Of a DNA stretch of 64,000 nt, positions 1-12,703 are shown piece by piece. Source of the DNA: Anthoceros angustus. Lineage: Eukaryota > Plantae > Anthocerotophyta. Below the pieces are notes generated by a model. It was given only the letters and a program-made list of their open reading frames with translations. It made no database searches and was not told the DNA's origin. The stretch is taken from assembly GCA_010909165.1 (NCBI GenBank), contig VJWM01000044.1, forward strand, positions 1 through 64,000. Direction: 5' to 3'. Every line of letters begins with the position of its first letter. Position 1 is the first letter of the stretch. The position numbers were made by a program, and so were the translations under genes.

Positions 1-185
1 AAAAATTAAATATATCTATGAAGTTAAAACTAATAGCCCTAAAATATCGGTCAAAATGGGCATAATTTCAATTGTTAAGAAATCTGAACGTAATGCAAAA
101 CACCACTTAGAGACGGTTTCGCCCGTTTCCGAAATTAGTGGTCACCTAACCATGCTCACATCCACAAGGACTTTGACCGAAATGC

Positions 186-1450
186 ATGGGAGGCTTAGGT
201 GAGTGCTACATCTTCCGGCGTTGCTACCCTTCATCCTCTCATCAGGCTGCTCCCTTGGAGCCTCCGTCAGAGTCTTGGCAATGGTTGCGAGCGCTGTCTA
301 ATCATCTTTTGACTCTTGATAACACGCGTCTCTCAGGACCCCGCTTTTTTCGACGTCTCCCCCATTGACTGCAAGACGATGTCTGTTTGGCCTACAGGCT
401 TCCCTTGCAGCGCCTCGCACAGAAGGAAGAGAGGATACCGAAGGCCACCTGCGGATTGCCCTACCTAGAGAGGTCGTAGATATGCGCAAGATCTTCTTTC
501 AAAGCGGCATCGACAAATTCTCGTATAAAGCCCAGGAGCCCGACCGGGACTCCAAGGACTCGCAGCCCTTGTGGAGAATCAATATCCCCCCTGGGATAAT
601 AAAGAGGGGGCATAGTCCCGGATAGGGACCAAACCTTGCACTCCAAGATCTTAATTTTCATGTCAAGACGGGAGAGCTCCAAGGAGAAGAAGTCGAAAGC
701 ATCTTTGACTTTATCCACCGGCCCAAGGATGTGGGTATCGTCGGCCTCTAATGGAAAGAAGCACTCCCACACTGAGGAGGCATTTATTAATAGACCCTGA
801 AATGCGCCATAGCAAAGAGAGCTCCCTCCAAGGGATCCCCCTGCCCGGTTCCCGTTGCAGAGTCAAGCACGGAGACCACCTCTACCGAGGGGCCGTGCTG
901 AAAATATAGGTTAGACGGGGAACCATAGAAAGAGCGAACAAAGGGAATAAGACTTGTCAGTTACCCGCCCGCGTCTTTAAGCTCTTGGAAGATGGCTGCC
1001 ATGGATACAATGTTGAAAGCGTTCTCAACACCAACCTGAAGGGCAACCCAATCTGGATGTAGCTAGAGAACCGCCTCGACTCCAAAATTCACTGTCTCGC
1101 AGCCTGTGGTACTACTTTTCGCTGACGGCCAGCCGGGCGTACACTGATCCCGTGTCGTTGTGGTATGGGGTCTGATCCCAAGGGAATAACCTTCTCGTCC
1201 GCTTGCGGTTTCCTACTTGGTTCATCTAACTTACCCTCCGGCTGCATTTGGCAACCTTCCAACAACCTACAGCTGCGGACGACACAGTTCGCCTCACGCG
1301 CCTTTCTCGTGCGGGCTTTACCAGGCGGCGCTGGAGCACCAGAGCGTAGGGCCGGGGGAACCACTCCGGGGTTGGCTATCCGTTTCACAGCCGGTCCGGG
1401 GTTTATATTACCCTCTACACCCCCAGCGTCCGTATCACTCACCTGGTTAC
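186..1450 (-). mobile_element. Decayed non-LTR retrotransposon reverse transcriptase fragment (CRE/SLACS-like RT signature), with stops and frameshifts
   Basis: Minus-strand translations in several frames give ordered RT motifs: LHPDWVALQVGVENAFNIVSMAAIFQEL (~980-1065), GTGQGDPL (~830-853), FPLEADDTHILGP (YADD-like), CKVWSLSG and GLRVLGVPVG (ORF 461..772). Boundaries are approximate. Confidence 0.75.
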
Positions 1451-2829
1451 AACCTTGCGACTTACGTTACGTCTTATCGGTACATTACCGTACAGGCCTG
1501 GTATAGTCGAACGTTTGAGGACCCGTTCTCGCCCAATGTTCTCTCTCTCTCTCCCGTGACTCCCTCGCTGTTCCACTTTTGTCGACCTTGTCCACACCTG
1601 AGGTGCCCGTTGAAGCGTGTCTGGTGTGTGTGCAGACTGCTTGCATCAAATCCGCCCGCCCAGGCTCTACACGCCTCCCTAGTGATCGTGCCCACGCCCA
1701 TTCCGATCGGCCGCCGGGATCCGCCTGGAAGAGTAGTGGTCCTGGTTTCTCCACACCTGCACTCACCACCATACGTTAGGGTCCGTCACCAACCTCGGAT
1801 AATTTCTTTGAGTAGTCCGCCTGCCTCGGGACTGACGCGTACACTGACTCACAAAAAGCTCGCAAGTGTAAGATCAACCCCAAAAGAAAGATCACATTAC
1901 TGGGATGGTAACCCCCCTCTTATACTACATTCCGAGGAAGTGCCTTTTTTACATTCCTAAATTGGTCCTGCTCCCAGCTAACTACGCACGCGACTGGCCA
2001 TTCTGCTATTTGCCACCAACCTTTAGCTGCCAGACTCTCCTTTCAAAGAAAAGGAGCATGATTGGGCGTTGTTTTCTTGAGCAAACAATTCTCATACAAC
2101 CGTCTTACGATCACATCCTTACCTACAAAACATTGATGCTAATTGAACACAAAAGTGAATGCCCATCCAAACATGTTCCCGAAGATGGAAGGGTGGCAAA
2201 ATGTTTTTGTCCAAGTAACTAATGGTTAGCTCGAAACGGCGCAGTTACGTATAGTGCACAAAAAACTGTGCAAACTTCCTTGGGTTCCTAACCTACAACA
2301 CTTGAACCAATGAAGGCCCTCATTGGATCTGCCTACAAGCAGCGACTGTACCTCCTAAAGTAGGAAAGGTTGCCTATGTATGAATGGTACTAGATGACCT
2401 CACTAGGAGTGAACGTCTCAAAGATATCCTTACGTGGTGCAACTTGCAAGAGTTTGCGCGATTGCAAACCTCAAGCTAAACTAGGCTGTGCCCCTTAGTT
2501 TAGAGGTATTCTAGAGAATCTTGTCGCTCTCCAAGCCATCTTATGTCGATTTTGTGATTTTTTTTTTCCCGCCAAAAGTTTGACAATGTGCATGATGGTG
2601 ATTAATAAGCATGTTTGGTTGAGGTTCTTGCGATGAAAGTAGAGGAGGAAAAACACTGTGTGGAAAATCGGGTGAAAAGCTCAAAAAGAGTCAGTTCTCT
2701 AATCTAGGGTTAGATAAAAGCTTGCCTCCATACACAACTTGGCACTTTCATCTGTTTTGCGAAGTGATCGAGTTGTTGTTCTTGTGCAGATGATTTGGAG
2801 CGGAAGCAATTGGCTTGCAGCAGATGAAG

Positions 2830-2902
2830 ACATTTCAGCACTGACCAGCTTTTTGTCCTCTACCCGACATTTCAGCAGTGACCAGCTTTTTGTCCTCTAC
2901 CC
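2830..2902. repeat. Two-copy ~37-bp tandem repeat
   Basis: acatttcagca(c/g)tgaccagctttttgtcctctaccc occurs twice head-to-tail. Confidence 0.9.
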
Positions 2903-3050
2903 CAAACACCCTGATATCTTTTGTTCCTCTAACCTCACATGCACGTTTTCCCTTCGTGGGAACTAAGTGAATCCCACTTTGATCATTATTAACAACTATA
3001 TTCGGAGGAATACTAGAGGTTTTTGAGAGACACGCACAACCTTCATGCTC

Positions 3051-3149
3051 CCAAGAAGTTCCAGTACTTTATCTTCAACAATGCGCCTCAACCAAGAAGT
3101 TCCAGTACTTTATCTTCAAGTACTTTATCTTCAACAATGCGCCTCAACG
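3051..3149. repeat. Short nested tandem duplication
   Basis: ccaagaagttccagtactttatcttcaa(caatgcgcctcaa) is repeated, with a partial third agtactttatcttcaacaatgcgcctcaac. Confidence 0.85.
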
Positions 3150-3726
3150 TAGGTTGGATGAGAGGATTAAGTACAAGTTACTTACTAACAATAATCTAAG
3201 ATTAGGTGCACGTTACTTACTAACAATAACTACAATTAAATGTAGGATTAAGAGTTGCAAATAACCAGCATAGGCAGCCATTCAACAATATTCCTTGACT
3301 TTCTAATTCCAAATAGCGAAACTTTCCAAGTTAGACTATCAATTCCGAATACCATGACTTTTTCAAGTCCAACTAGCACAAGTATTAAGACTCCGAGGCA
3401 ATTTGTTTTATGATTCCTATTTCGTCTGCTGTGCATTCAAGATGCTTCGGAGATTTGTTCGCCCTACTGTAGTGTACTTATAACGACAGCTAAACTATCA
3501 AATATGTTGGCTCTTTTATGAATTGGCATCCTGATAGTACACTTATCCTATTCTACCTTGAATTCTACCTTATGGTACACCCATGCGAACGGAAAATGGG
3601 CTTCTTGGTCTGTCGGTCAAACTCAACGTCTGCTTGGTGCCACACACTCTCGCCTTTGGGACTTGGTTCGCAGGTTATTTGAAGCTCTAGAGATCTATGA
3701 CCCCTGTGAAAGGAAAAGTGAGCACC

Positions 3727-6700
3727 TTAGGGTGAACTAAGTAGTACAGAATCAGAGGCTGCTAAGCCACCGTTGATTGACGTGTTCAACATGCGACTTT
3801 TCTCGGAGTGTATCTGCATCAGATGTGTTCGCAGACTGCGCTCCTCAATCTGCAGACATAGGTCAAAAGACGTGAATTTCAGCAAGAACAGGGACAAGGC
3901 ATGAGTCCTTGGAGGTCCACATGGTCAAACATGAGCAGAAGTTTGAAGTTCTTTTGGGTGGCACAACTTGATACCTCTAAAGCAGATGCAACATCTAGTA
4001 GATCTCCACATTCGGCAAGAAGTGCTCTTTCTTTGGCAGCAGTATCCGCAAGCTGAGCGAGCAGGGAACCCATCTTTTCCGCCTGTTGCAAGCGACTTAG
4101 TACTCTGAAGCACCGATTGCCCCATTTACAGCAAGATAGTTATCTCAGAACAGCAACATTAGTGTCCACAAGCAGCCGAAGTAACATACCTTCGGTAGGA
4201 GACTAGTGACAGAGTACTCCATGGCATTCATGACTTCATAGGCCGAGCCTAATGCCTCTCTCACAGCCTGCAGATCCGCCTGTCACGGTAAAACCAACCA
4301 AGTGTAAGCAAACGCTCAGGATCACTTCAAGCTGTTGACCTCAATTTGGCGGGCAGGAAAGAAGTGGCTGATAAGTGCTCCATGATGTGAGCTCTTACCC
4401 TTGCTCCTCCAGTCACAGGCACTCGCAGGATTGCAGATTCCAACGCCTCTGTAGCTCCTGCCAGAGCTGCAGTATGTTCTGGTTCTAGTGCTACCCAGTT
4501 CTCAAGCTGTTCTTTCTGCAACGGACACACCATGAAGCTGGAAAACGTCAACATTATCACAGGAGTACAGTGTAGATAAGGAAGGGAACATACAGTCGAG
4601 GGGGCTTAAACATAAACATGCACGGAAGAAAAGCGGATCCCCCCAGAATCTGATAAGCAATCGAAACTTCTGAAAACTACCTGGCTTAGCAGAATGGAAT
4701 CCAGCTTTTGAGCCTGCCTCACTTGCTGCACTTGAATGCGCTTCAGTGCAACAGACTCTCGTAGATTGGAAGTTTTGGACCACACACTGTACAATGACCT
4801 CTGCAAACAAGGGACAATTGTTTAAGACCCACAGTAGCTTCACATGCATAACATACTCTTGGAGCACTTATGGCATCGACACCTTCTCCTGAACAAGTGA
4901 GGCCTGTCCAGTACCTCCTGAGCACCCAAAGCACAATACCTCCTGAGCACCCAATGCAAGCACCAGGCGGGTACCTTGGGGATGGGCACGCACCTCAGCT
5001 GTGGCTCTTTGAGAACTCATTGCAGCCTCAGCCCTCGCATTTACAAATCGCCACTGCAGCCACCTGTTGTGGAGGACCCGCAAAAGCTGGGCCTCCTCTT
5101 GTTGAGTCATACTTTTTTTGCCTCTGCGACCATCTACACCAAAATTTAGCATGCCCAAGGCGTTACTGATCCGACTTGAACTACTACCACTTGGAGGTAA
5201 TGCAGCAGACGGCATTCTCTGCCTCGTAGGACTCGGCAGACCTCTTGAAGGTGAAGATGGCTTGGAGGGAGAAACAGGTGTTTGAACAGGTACAGAGACA
5301 GACAATGGGGGAACCCTATTAGGTGACATAGCCCAGGCAGATGTAATCCCATTCGCTGCCACGTTATTTCCTGACTGACCAGCTACAGTCGGTGCTTTTG
5401 ACGATCGACTTGATGCTTTGCCTCCAGGTATGGCACCGACGGACACATCCGAATCTGGTGCAGATGATCTGAGACCTTCTCCTGACTGTCTCCCAACCCG
5501 TGCAGAAGTAGTTGGCCAGAAGCGCGCTGCCACCACAGTGCCCCTACCAGGCCCTCTTGACCCTCCTCCTCCTGAGCCACTAGAAGATACACTATCTGTG
5601 TCAGATCCGATCTCACAGGGGACAAAGGCATTGGCATCAGAGCCTGCAAGCTCTGCCTCCTGCTGGACCTGTCTCACTCTACTCAGCGCAGCCTCAGGAC
5701 CTATATTTCCTCCAGCTGCTTGAGCATTCTGTGCACCCTCTTGGGATCCAATCAACTTTCCATTGCTGTCAGACGTGGATCCACTACCTCTACCCCTGCT
5801 TTCTAGTGAGACCCGACGGACCACACCCTGTGAAGCTGATGCTGCTGCAGGCCCTTCATTGATGGATCTGGAAAAGCTTCTGGAGATGGCCGATTTCATG
5901 GAGCGAGACGATGTGGCACTTCCATTCTGACTCTGTACAAGCATTGTAGCTGCTCTACCAAGAGGCCGATCTCTCTCACTGCCCAGGTCCATACTTCTGG
6001 ACATGACTGATCCAAAAGACTTTCCATTACTGGTACCAGGCCATCGCTGCAAGTCAGGCTTGGAAGGAGAATTCTCGAGGGGTCGAGCATTTTCCGCCTG
6101 ATCTGTACTCTGACGCCGCACTGGTGACCCTTTTCGTGAAGGAGGAGCAGAAGTGGGCTCAGCCGTCCTGTGCACTCCATTTGCTGTAGGCCTCAAAGCG
6201 TTTTCGGACGCCACTCCCCCTTCTCGTTTGGGGCTGTCCCGCCTAGGGGTATCCCTCTTGGGGCTTTCCCTACGCGCGGAACTGGCGTCCTTGTCCCGCC
6301 GTACTGGTGTCTGAGGCCTTCCATCCTTGACGGGCGTCTGAGGCCTTCCATCCTTGACAGGATTCTGGGGTCTTGCATCCTTGACAGGAGTCTGGGGCCT
6401 GGCATCCTTGACAGGAGTCTGGGGCCTGGCATCCTTGACAGCAGTAGTAGTCTGGGCCCTGAGTTCCTTGACAGGAGGGGTCTGAGGCCTTGCCTCCTTG
6501 GCAGGAGGAGTCTGAGGCCTGGCCTCCTTGACAGGCGGAGTCTGAGGCCTTACCTCTTTGGCAGGAGGTGTCTGAGGCCTACTGGTTTCCTTAACAGGGG
6601 CTGTTTGAGGCCTCCCCTCCTTGACAGGAGTCTGGGGCCTTCCGTCCCTAACAGGTGTCTGTGGTCTTCCCTCCCTGGCAGGAGTTTGGGGTCTGGGGGC

Positions 6701-7330
6701 ATCCTTGGCAGGCGTTTGAGGCCTGCTCAACGTTCCCTCCCGAGACTCCCTCCTGCTCAAAGAAGCACTGCTGTTGGAAACATGAGCAGCGGCGTCCCCC
6801 TGCTGAAACGAAGCCACCTGGCTGTGACTCGACGGCCATAGAAGGCCAGCACCAGAGACAGAAGCGGCAGCAGAAGCCCGCGGCACAGGCCTCTTGGAGC
6901 TCCACAGCCCATCCGCGGACGTGGAGAGAGACAGCCTAGGCTCCGCAGACGAGCTGGTGGTAGCAGGCCAAGGTCTCCTCCGCTCCGCCGAGCTGGCGCG
7001 CTTCAACACAGGCACCTCCGCAGCGGTGCTGTTCCGGCCCAAGGTCGGGGACGGATGCCTGCGGGGAGCGGCAGCAGCCGCGGGTGCCGGCCCATTGGAC
7101 GCTGCCGCAGAGCTGGCAGTGGTGGCAGTCTTGTATCTTGACGTAATCTCCCGGTTCCGCGGCTTGCGCAGTCCTGCCACATTGCTCTTCTCAGACAGCG
7201 CCAGCGGCGAGCGCGCATTATCGATCTCGGCGTTCTTTTCCAGCAGTTGAGCCTCCTGCTGCTGCTGCTGCTCCTGCTGTTGCTGCTGCTGCACAGCGCC
7301 AGAAGATGCAGTCAAATCAGCGGCAACCAT
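3727..7330 (-). CDS. QWRF-motif / AUGMIN8-family microtubule-associated protein (multi-exon)
   Basis: Large first exon has the family N-terminal motif REITSRY and LLRVLHNRWLQWRFVNARAE. Downstream GT-AG exons encode LYSVW..., LENWVALEPEH...AILRVPVTGGAR, LLAQLADTAAKERALLAECGDLL and IEERSLRTHLMQ, with stop at 3727. ATG at 7330 (MVAADL). Confidence 0.92.
6297..6725 (-). repeat. Coding minisatellite: ~15 copies of a 27-33-bp unit encoding RPQTP(P)xK(D/E)x
   Basis: Seen in DNA (e.g. ccttgacaggagtctggggcct units) and in the 4868..7345 translation. Confidence 0.95.
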
Positions 7331-10300
7331 GATCAACACCACCACCGGCTTCCGCTGCGTCTTCCTCCTGCTCCCATCTCCGACTCACCCTAGCCACACT
7401 GCCTCATACGGATGCAGGACAAGGATGATATCACGCAACGAGATCACGGTCCAGGGCAGGGTAACGACTCTCCCAACCTCTGCTCAATGCCGGGCCTCCC
7501 AATCTGCATGAAGAAGACCAATCGAGCTGCAGAGATCCAGCTCCCCCTCCCTGCTCCCTGCTCCTAATTCCCTCCGCGTACAAAACCAGCTACCACACCA
7601 ATGCCGACCCCGGCAATCGGCTATGTGTCCTTCTTAGTCACCCCTTTCCGACAGAAAGAAGCCAAAACGCCTCCACTCGCCCTAGCTGCACCCGATCAGC
7701 TCCTCCTTGCGCAAAACCGGCAACGGATTCACCTCATCACCCCGCAAACAGCATCCGCCATCAGATCCAAGACCTAGCACACGCACGAGCTCCAGATTTT
7801 CACTTCACCAAACCCCCGGCCAAACGGAGCTCCACAGCCAGGCGCAGACCCCGGCGTCGGGCAAGAAGACAGTCCGCCTGCACACAATTTCACAAGAGCG
7901 GGCCCAATTCGCGGCCAGCTCGGCCGACTCACTCCGGGAGCCCGCCCGGCCGCGGCTCCACCCCTGCTTCCCTTCCGAAGCCAAATCCGCGTGTCAGAAC
8001 CCTTCCGAACCAGTCCAGCTGCAAATGCCGCGCTCCAATTCCGCCGCTCCGGGGGCCAGCAAGAAGGAGGCAGGCGCGCGCGGGCAGGGAACAGCAGCGG
8101 AAGGAAAGCCCGCGCTACCACACCGTCCCGCGCGCTCGCAAGCAGAAGAGCGCAGAATTGCAAGGCAGCGGCTGGCGCAGATGCAAGACAGGCGCACCGG
8201 GGATGGCAGAAGCTAAGAGCAGAGGAGGAGCAAGCGAGTGAAGGCAGGAAAGGGGAAGAAAGGGAAGGCCGAGGGAGAGGAGGAGGAAACAACAAACAAG
8301 AGACTCTCTCGCCCGGGCGAGTGCGGGGGCGCGCCCGGCCTTCCGCTTCCCACACCGCACGCAGGCGGCCAGGTGCGCGCCGGGAAGATGTAGGCCGGGC
8401 GGCAGCTCCGCAGACGGCTAAGAGGCCGACCGGGCTAGAAGTCCGCCGCCGCGGCGGCTGCACACGGCGGCCCACGGGGCAAGTATAGGCGTGGCACCGG
8501 AAACCGGTCGTGGGCCCTGGGCTGGGACGTGCGCAGGCGAGCTCCCGTTCTGACTCGCAACGGCTCTTCCGCGCTAGGTATCTCCTCTACATACACACTT
8601 ACCAGCGCGTATGTATGTATGCTGCCCGGCCCCCGGGTATCCCTTCCTTCCCTTCCCTTCCCTTCCCCTCGCCAAGCCGTGAAAATAGAGCCGCAGTCAC
8701 GAGTCGTCACGACTGGCCGTTAGAGTGTCCCGCCACGTGGCACGTCGGCGCGGAGGCGGGCCCGGCCCTAACCCGGACTGCATTATCTCCATCCAACGGG
8801 ACTCCACCCGCATTGAAATCCCGGTACCTACAAAGCCCAAAACACAGTGCATTTCTGGAACTTGAAGACATGGATGCCTTTGCCCTTGCTAGCAACAAGG
8901 GAACAGGGAACAGAGCATGGGGGACGGCAAAAGCTTTGACTTGGGTTCTTCCTCGGGGAGAGCTTCCATTTCAAACAGTGGCGTGGGCGGGATCAAAATG
9001 TTGGAAGTTCGATGCAAAAAGGCTTCTCGGCTGGGCCTGGGCTGGCCAGTGGCCGGGCTTGGCATCGCGTCCAACTGCGTACCAAAATCGCTTGGGAGCA
9101 ACACAACACAAAAGAGGGGGAGGAGATGGTCGCCACTTGGCTGGCTACCGGGCTGGGAATCTCACTGGGTGGCCCCGGGCCCTTCCTTCCACTTCCCACT
9201 GCCCACTGCCCACTGCCCACTTCCCAGCACTAGAGCAGCATCTGCAAACTCCATCGGGAGATAACTTTTACAAACGCACGTTTGGACTAGGTAACCGTCA
9301 TCGTACCTGAGAAAGAGCATAGGTCAAGCAGTGCGCGGGCGCATCAGCTCTTGGACAGGACAGGGATTCGGGATCGCACTTCCTCCCTCTTCTCCTTCCC
9401 ATCCTCCTTTCTTCTTTCTTGCTTTCTTGGCTCGACCATGTCGGTCGGTGTTGGGCCCTTCGCCTTCGCCTACCCCTGCCGCTGCACCAGCGTGAGGGAG
9501 AGCAACGGGGTCGGGTTTGGTCAGGTTAGGTTAGGGTTAGGTTGGGCCCGCTTTCTCGTGACCGGGGACAAGGCATAGGTGAAAGGCAAGGAGGAGGCGT
9601 ACAGTACCGGCAGCCAGCGGCTCCCCTTCTCTCGACAAAGCTCCTCCCCATCACCTGCCCGTTTGTGAATTGTCCTGCTACATCGCAAGCACGACATGCA
9701 ACTATCTACATACATATGCAGATACATATGTACATACATTGGTTGTTAGACCGCCTTGGGTGGCACTTCCGCGCACCTGCTCGCCTGCGACCCTGCCACC
9801 AACGTGATGAGAAGCAACGGCAACAGCAGGCAGGTAATAATAACAGGACCGTGGCAGTGACGGCCAGACCGCCGGCACCGGCTCTTATTACAGCTTGCGT
9901 CCCGATTTGGTATTTGGCATTTGGCAGTTGGGTCTCTCACCTCCACCTCCCCTCCTCTGATAGCAGTTATGAGGGCCTTGAATGATGCAATCGACGCAGA
10001 TCCCATTCCAGGTAACATGCTTGGTAACGCAAGGAGGCGAGGCCACGGTTTCACCACACCCTACTGGGGACTGGCTGCATGCCCCACCCTCTGCGGACAC
10101 CGCTCCATCTCTGACCTTTATGGCTGCGGGATCCCGGGGAAACTGTTGCTGCGCCTATCATCAATGGACATGCCACACATCATTGATTGAATGTCACATG
10201 CCGATGGACGGTTATACGCCAATTTTATCTCGCTTGCATCTGCTCCTCTCCTTTTTCCTGCCACCCGTATGCTCGCTACCCTACAACATCCGCCTTTGCG

Positions 10301-12703
10301 TGACATTGCCCTCCCCAGTCCCGTCCCCAGCTCTCTCCTCCGCCTCCATGCACCCAGCCATGCGTGCATCGTAGCCTGTGGTAGATACTTCCCCGAGGCT
10401 GCCATTCTGGGAAGTTGGAAAAGGAAAAACATATAAAGCACCAGCTATTTTTAAATTCAAATTGCAATCAGGCGCACCATAGCTCAAGGACGGTAAAGCT
10501 CTTTACAGCCGAGCCCACGTACATCGGCAGCAGAAGCCGAAAGCGGATGTCCTCCACACCCGGACCCGAGCGCCTCCTGCTGTCCTCAAAAGCATAATGC
10601 CAGGGCCAGGTTATGAGAAGCTTCAGGTTTTAAGCCTTGGAATGGAAGCTTCGCTAGGAATTCCGTAGCTGCTTTCCACACCGAATTCCACGCTAACCAA
10701 GCGAATTATGCTGGCCATGCTGCAGTCGACACCGATTTCGCCTCGCTTCAGAAACCTCTGCAACGATTGCTCTCACAATTCCTACGGACTGACACGCTGA
10801 TACCGACCGAGCAAAGCCAGCTCCTTGATCAGGACAATCGCATGGGATGCTCGGCTTCTTGGCATTTCAGGCAAATGGCATGCCGGCACGTATTATTAAA
10901 TAGATGGGTACTCACAAGCAAAGCGTCTGCACGGCTGGCCGGCTGAGAAGGGCCTCCCGTCGCACTCGAGATTACCTTGGGACGCTCTGCCAAAATTCAG
11001 AGTCAGGCGAGCAGATTTCTGTGTCCACGCAAAGATTTGTACAGGACGGGCTCACGCACCTCCTACGATTGCATCAGTCTGTGGGAAGGCCAGTTGGCCA
11101 TCGGCGAAGTACCGGGGACGAACCAGCTTGATGATGTTCAGCATCGCTTTTCACAGTTTACGGCTGTTTTTTCCTGCTCATGCTCATGCTCATGTCGGCT
11201 TTAAGTTGTAAGTACACACGTAGCTTTGACCAGGAAATTTGGTACCCTAACAGATCCCTCACATGCTAGGCAGTATGTGTGGCAAACGTGAGTGCAGATG
11301 CGACACCCAAGGATGGCATGCTCCGCCTTGGCAGCAGAATTTTGTTTTCCTTCCTTCCTTCCTTACAAGCCATTTCTCATGTGCAAGCCCTTGGATCTTC
11401 ACCAAGAATTCGGGTTTGTTGGCAAGAATTAAGCAGAGCAATATGTGTTTCTTCCCTTGTTTCTAAGGATGGGCACACACAGTGCATGTGCACTCATCCC
11501 AAAGTCATGTGCTGGACAAGCAAGAAGCACACCACCATCCTCCTCAGGGGCCACCCAGAATGGCATTGTCCAAGTCCTCTCTGCTCAGTGCGTAGCTGAA
11601 CTTTCTTTCCATGTCTTTCTCCAAGTTTCCAGGCCCGCTCTTCAAGTATCTGCACATGATTCAGGCCTCATCAAGATCAAAGCTCTTCTGAAAGGAAAGG
11701 ACCTTCGAAGGCTGCTCAAGCAGGTGGAGGGGAAGGACAATACTTAATGTGGAGCTCAGTGAAATCCAGAGAAAGCTGAGCATGCCAGTCAGGTCTTTCG
11801 ATGAGCCAAACTGCTCGATCCACCTTGCTTTGGTAGAAACCCAGGCTCGTGAGCCACAGCTCGATGGAAGGCAGGCTGTGGGAGTACAGGGCCTTCTTTT
11901 TGTCGGGCAGTTTGTTGCCTGCACCCAATGCGGATCCTTCTGCACAAGCTCGCACCCCAGCACTTCTGGGCAGCGGCTTTACACGATGTCCGCGCATCAG
12001 CAGCTTACATGATGTCTGCGCTCCCAGCACAGACAACTGTGTGTGCTGTAGTGAACGCATCACGTAAGTTCGGACAAACAGTCCTTAGAGCAAACAGTGA
12101 ACAATCAATCCAAGCAGTGGAAGCAGCTCACAGTTCCATGTCCGCAAGCGAAAACCCACCTCTGTCGGAACCACAAGGACCCCCTTCCTGGAAAGCGCAC
12201 TGCTGCAAATAAGCCCAGACATCGATTTGCTTGCCACTGCGCATCTCACTGACCATCCGCTGCCCTGAAAGTTGACATAAACAGCGCGCGCAAATGCGCC
12301 CTGCCCTGGAGTGGCTGCGCAAACGGATTCCATCATTGTTCCCCAATCAAGCTTGTCATCATTCCTGACTACCTATCGCTTGCCTGGATTCGAACTTGGT
12401 GCGTTTCACCAGTGCACCCTATTCTCGTCCTGAACAAGCAGCTTTCGCGTATCACCAAAGATGTGGTGGGAAGATGGCAAGATACACACATACAGCTGGG
12501 AACCCAAACATACTGATTAACTCCTTTTAGACACGGGTTCACGTTGCTCGTCAGCAAGTGTTATGATGATCTTGAGCATGTGTCACCTAGAATTCATCTA
12601 GAGCCTTCAGTCGACAGGGAAGAGCTGTTAGGTTCTCACATCCAGGGCAGTAGGATGATTATGACGTGCTACTGACTGACTAATGAAGGGGGCCCGCTAT
12701 GTA

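Noticed and set aside
7707-9310. Several overlapping 160-270-aa ORFs
   Set aside because: GC-rich, low-complexity 5' UTR/promoter region of the QWRF gene with no recognisable domain.
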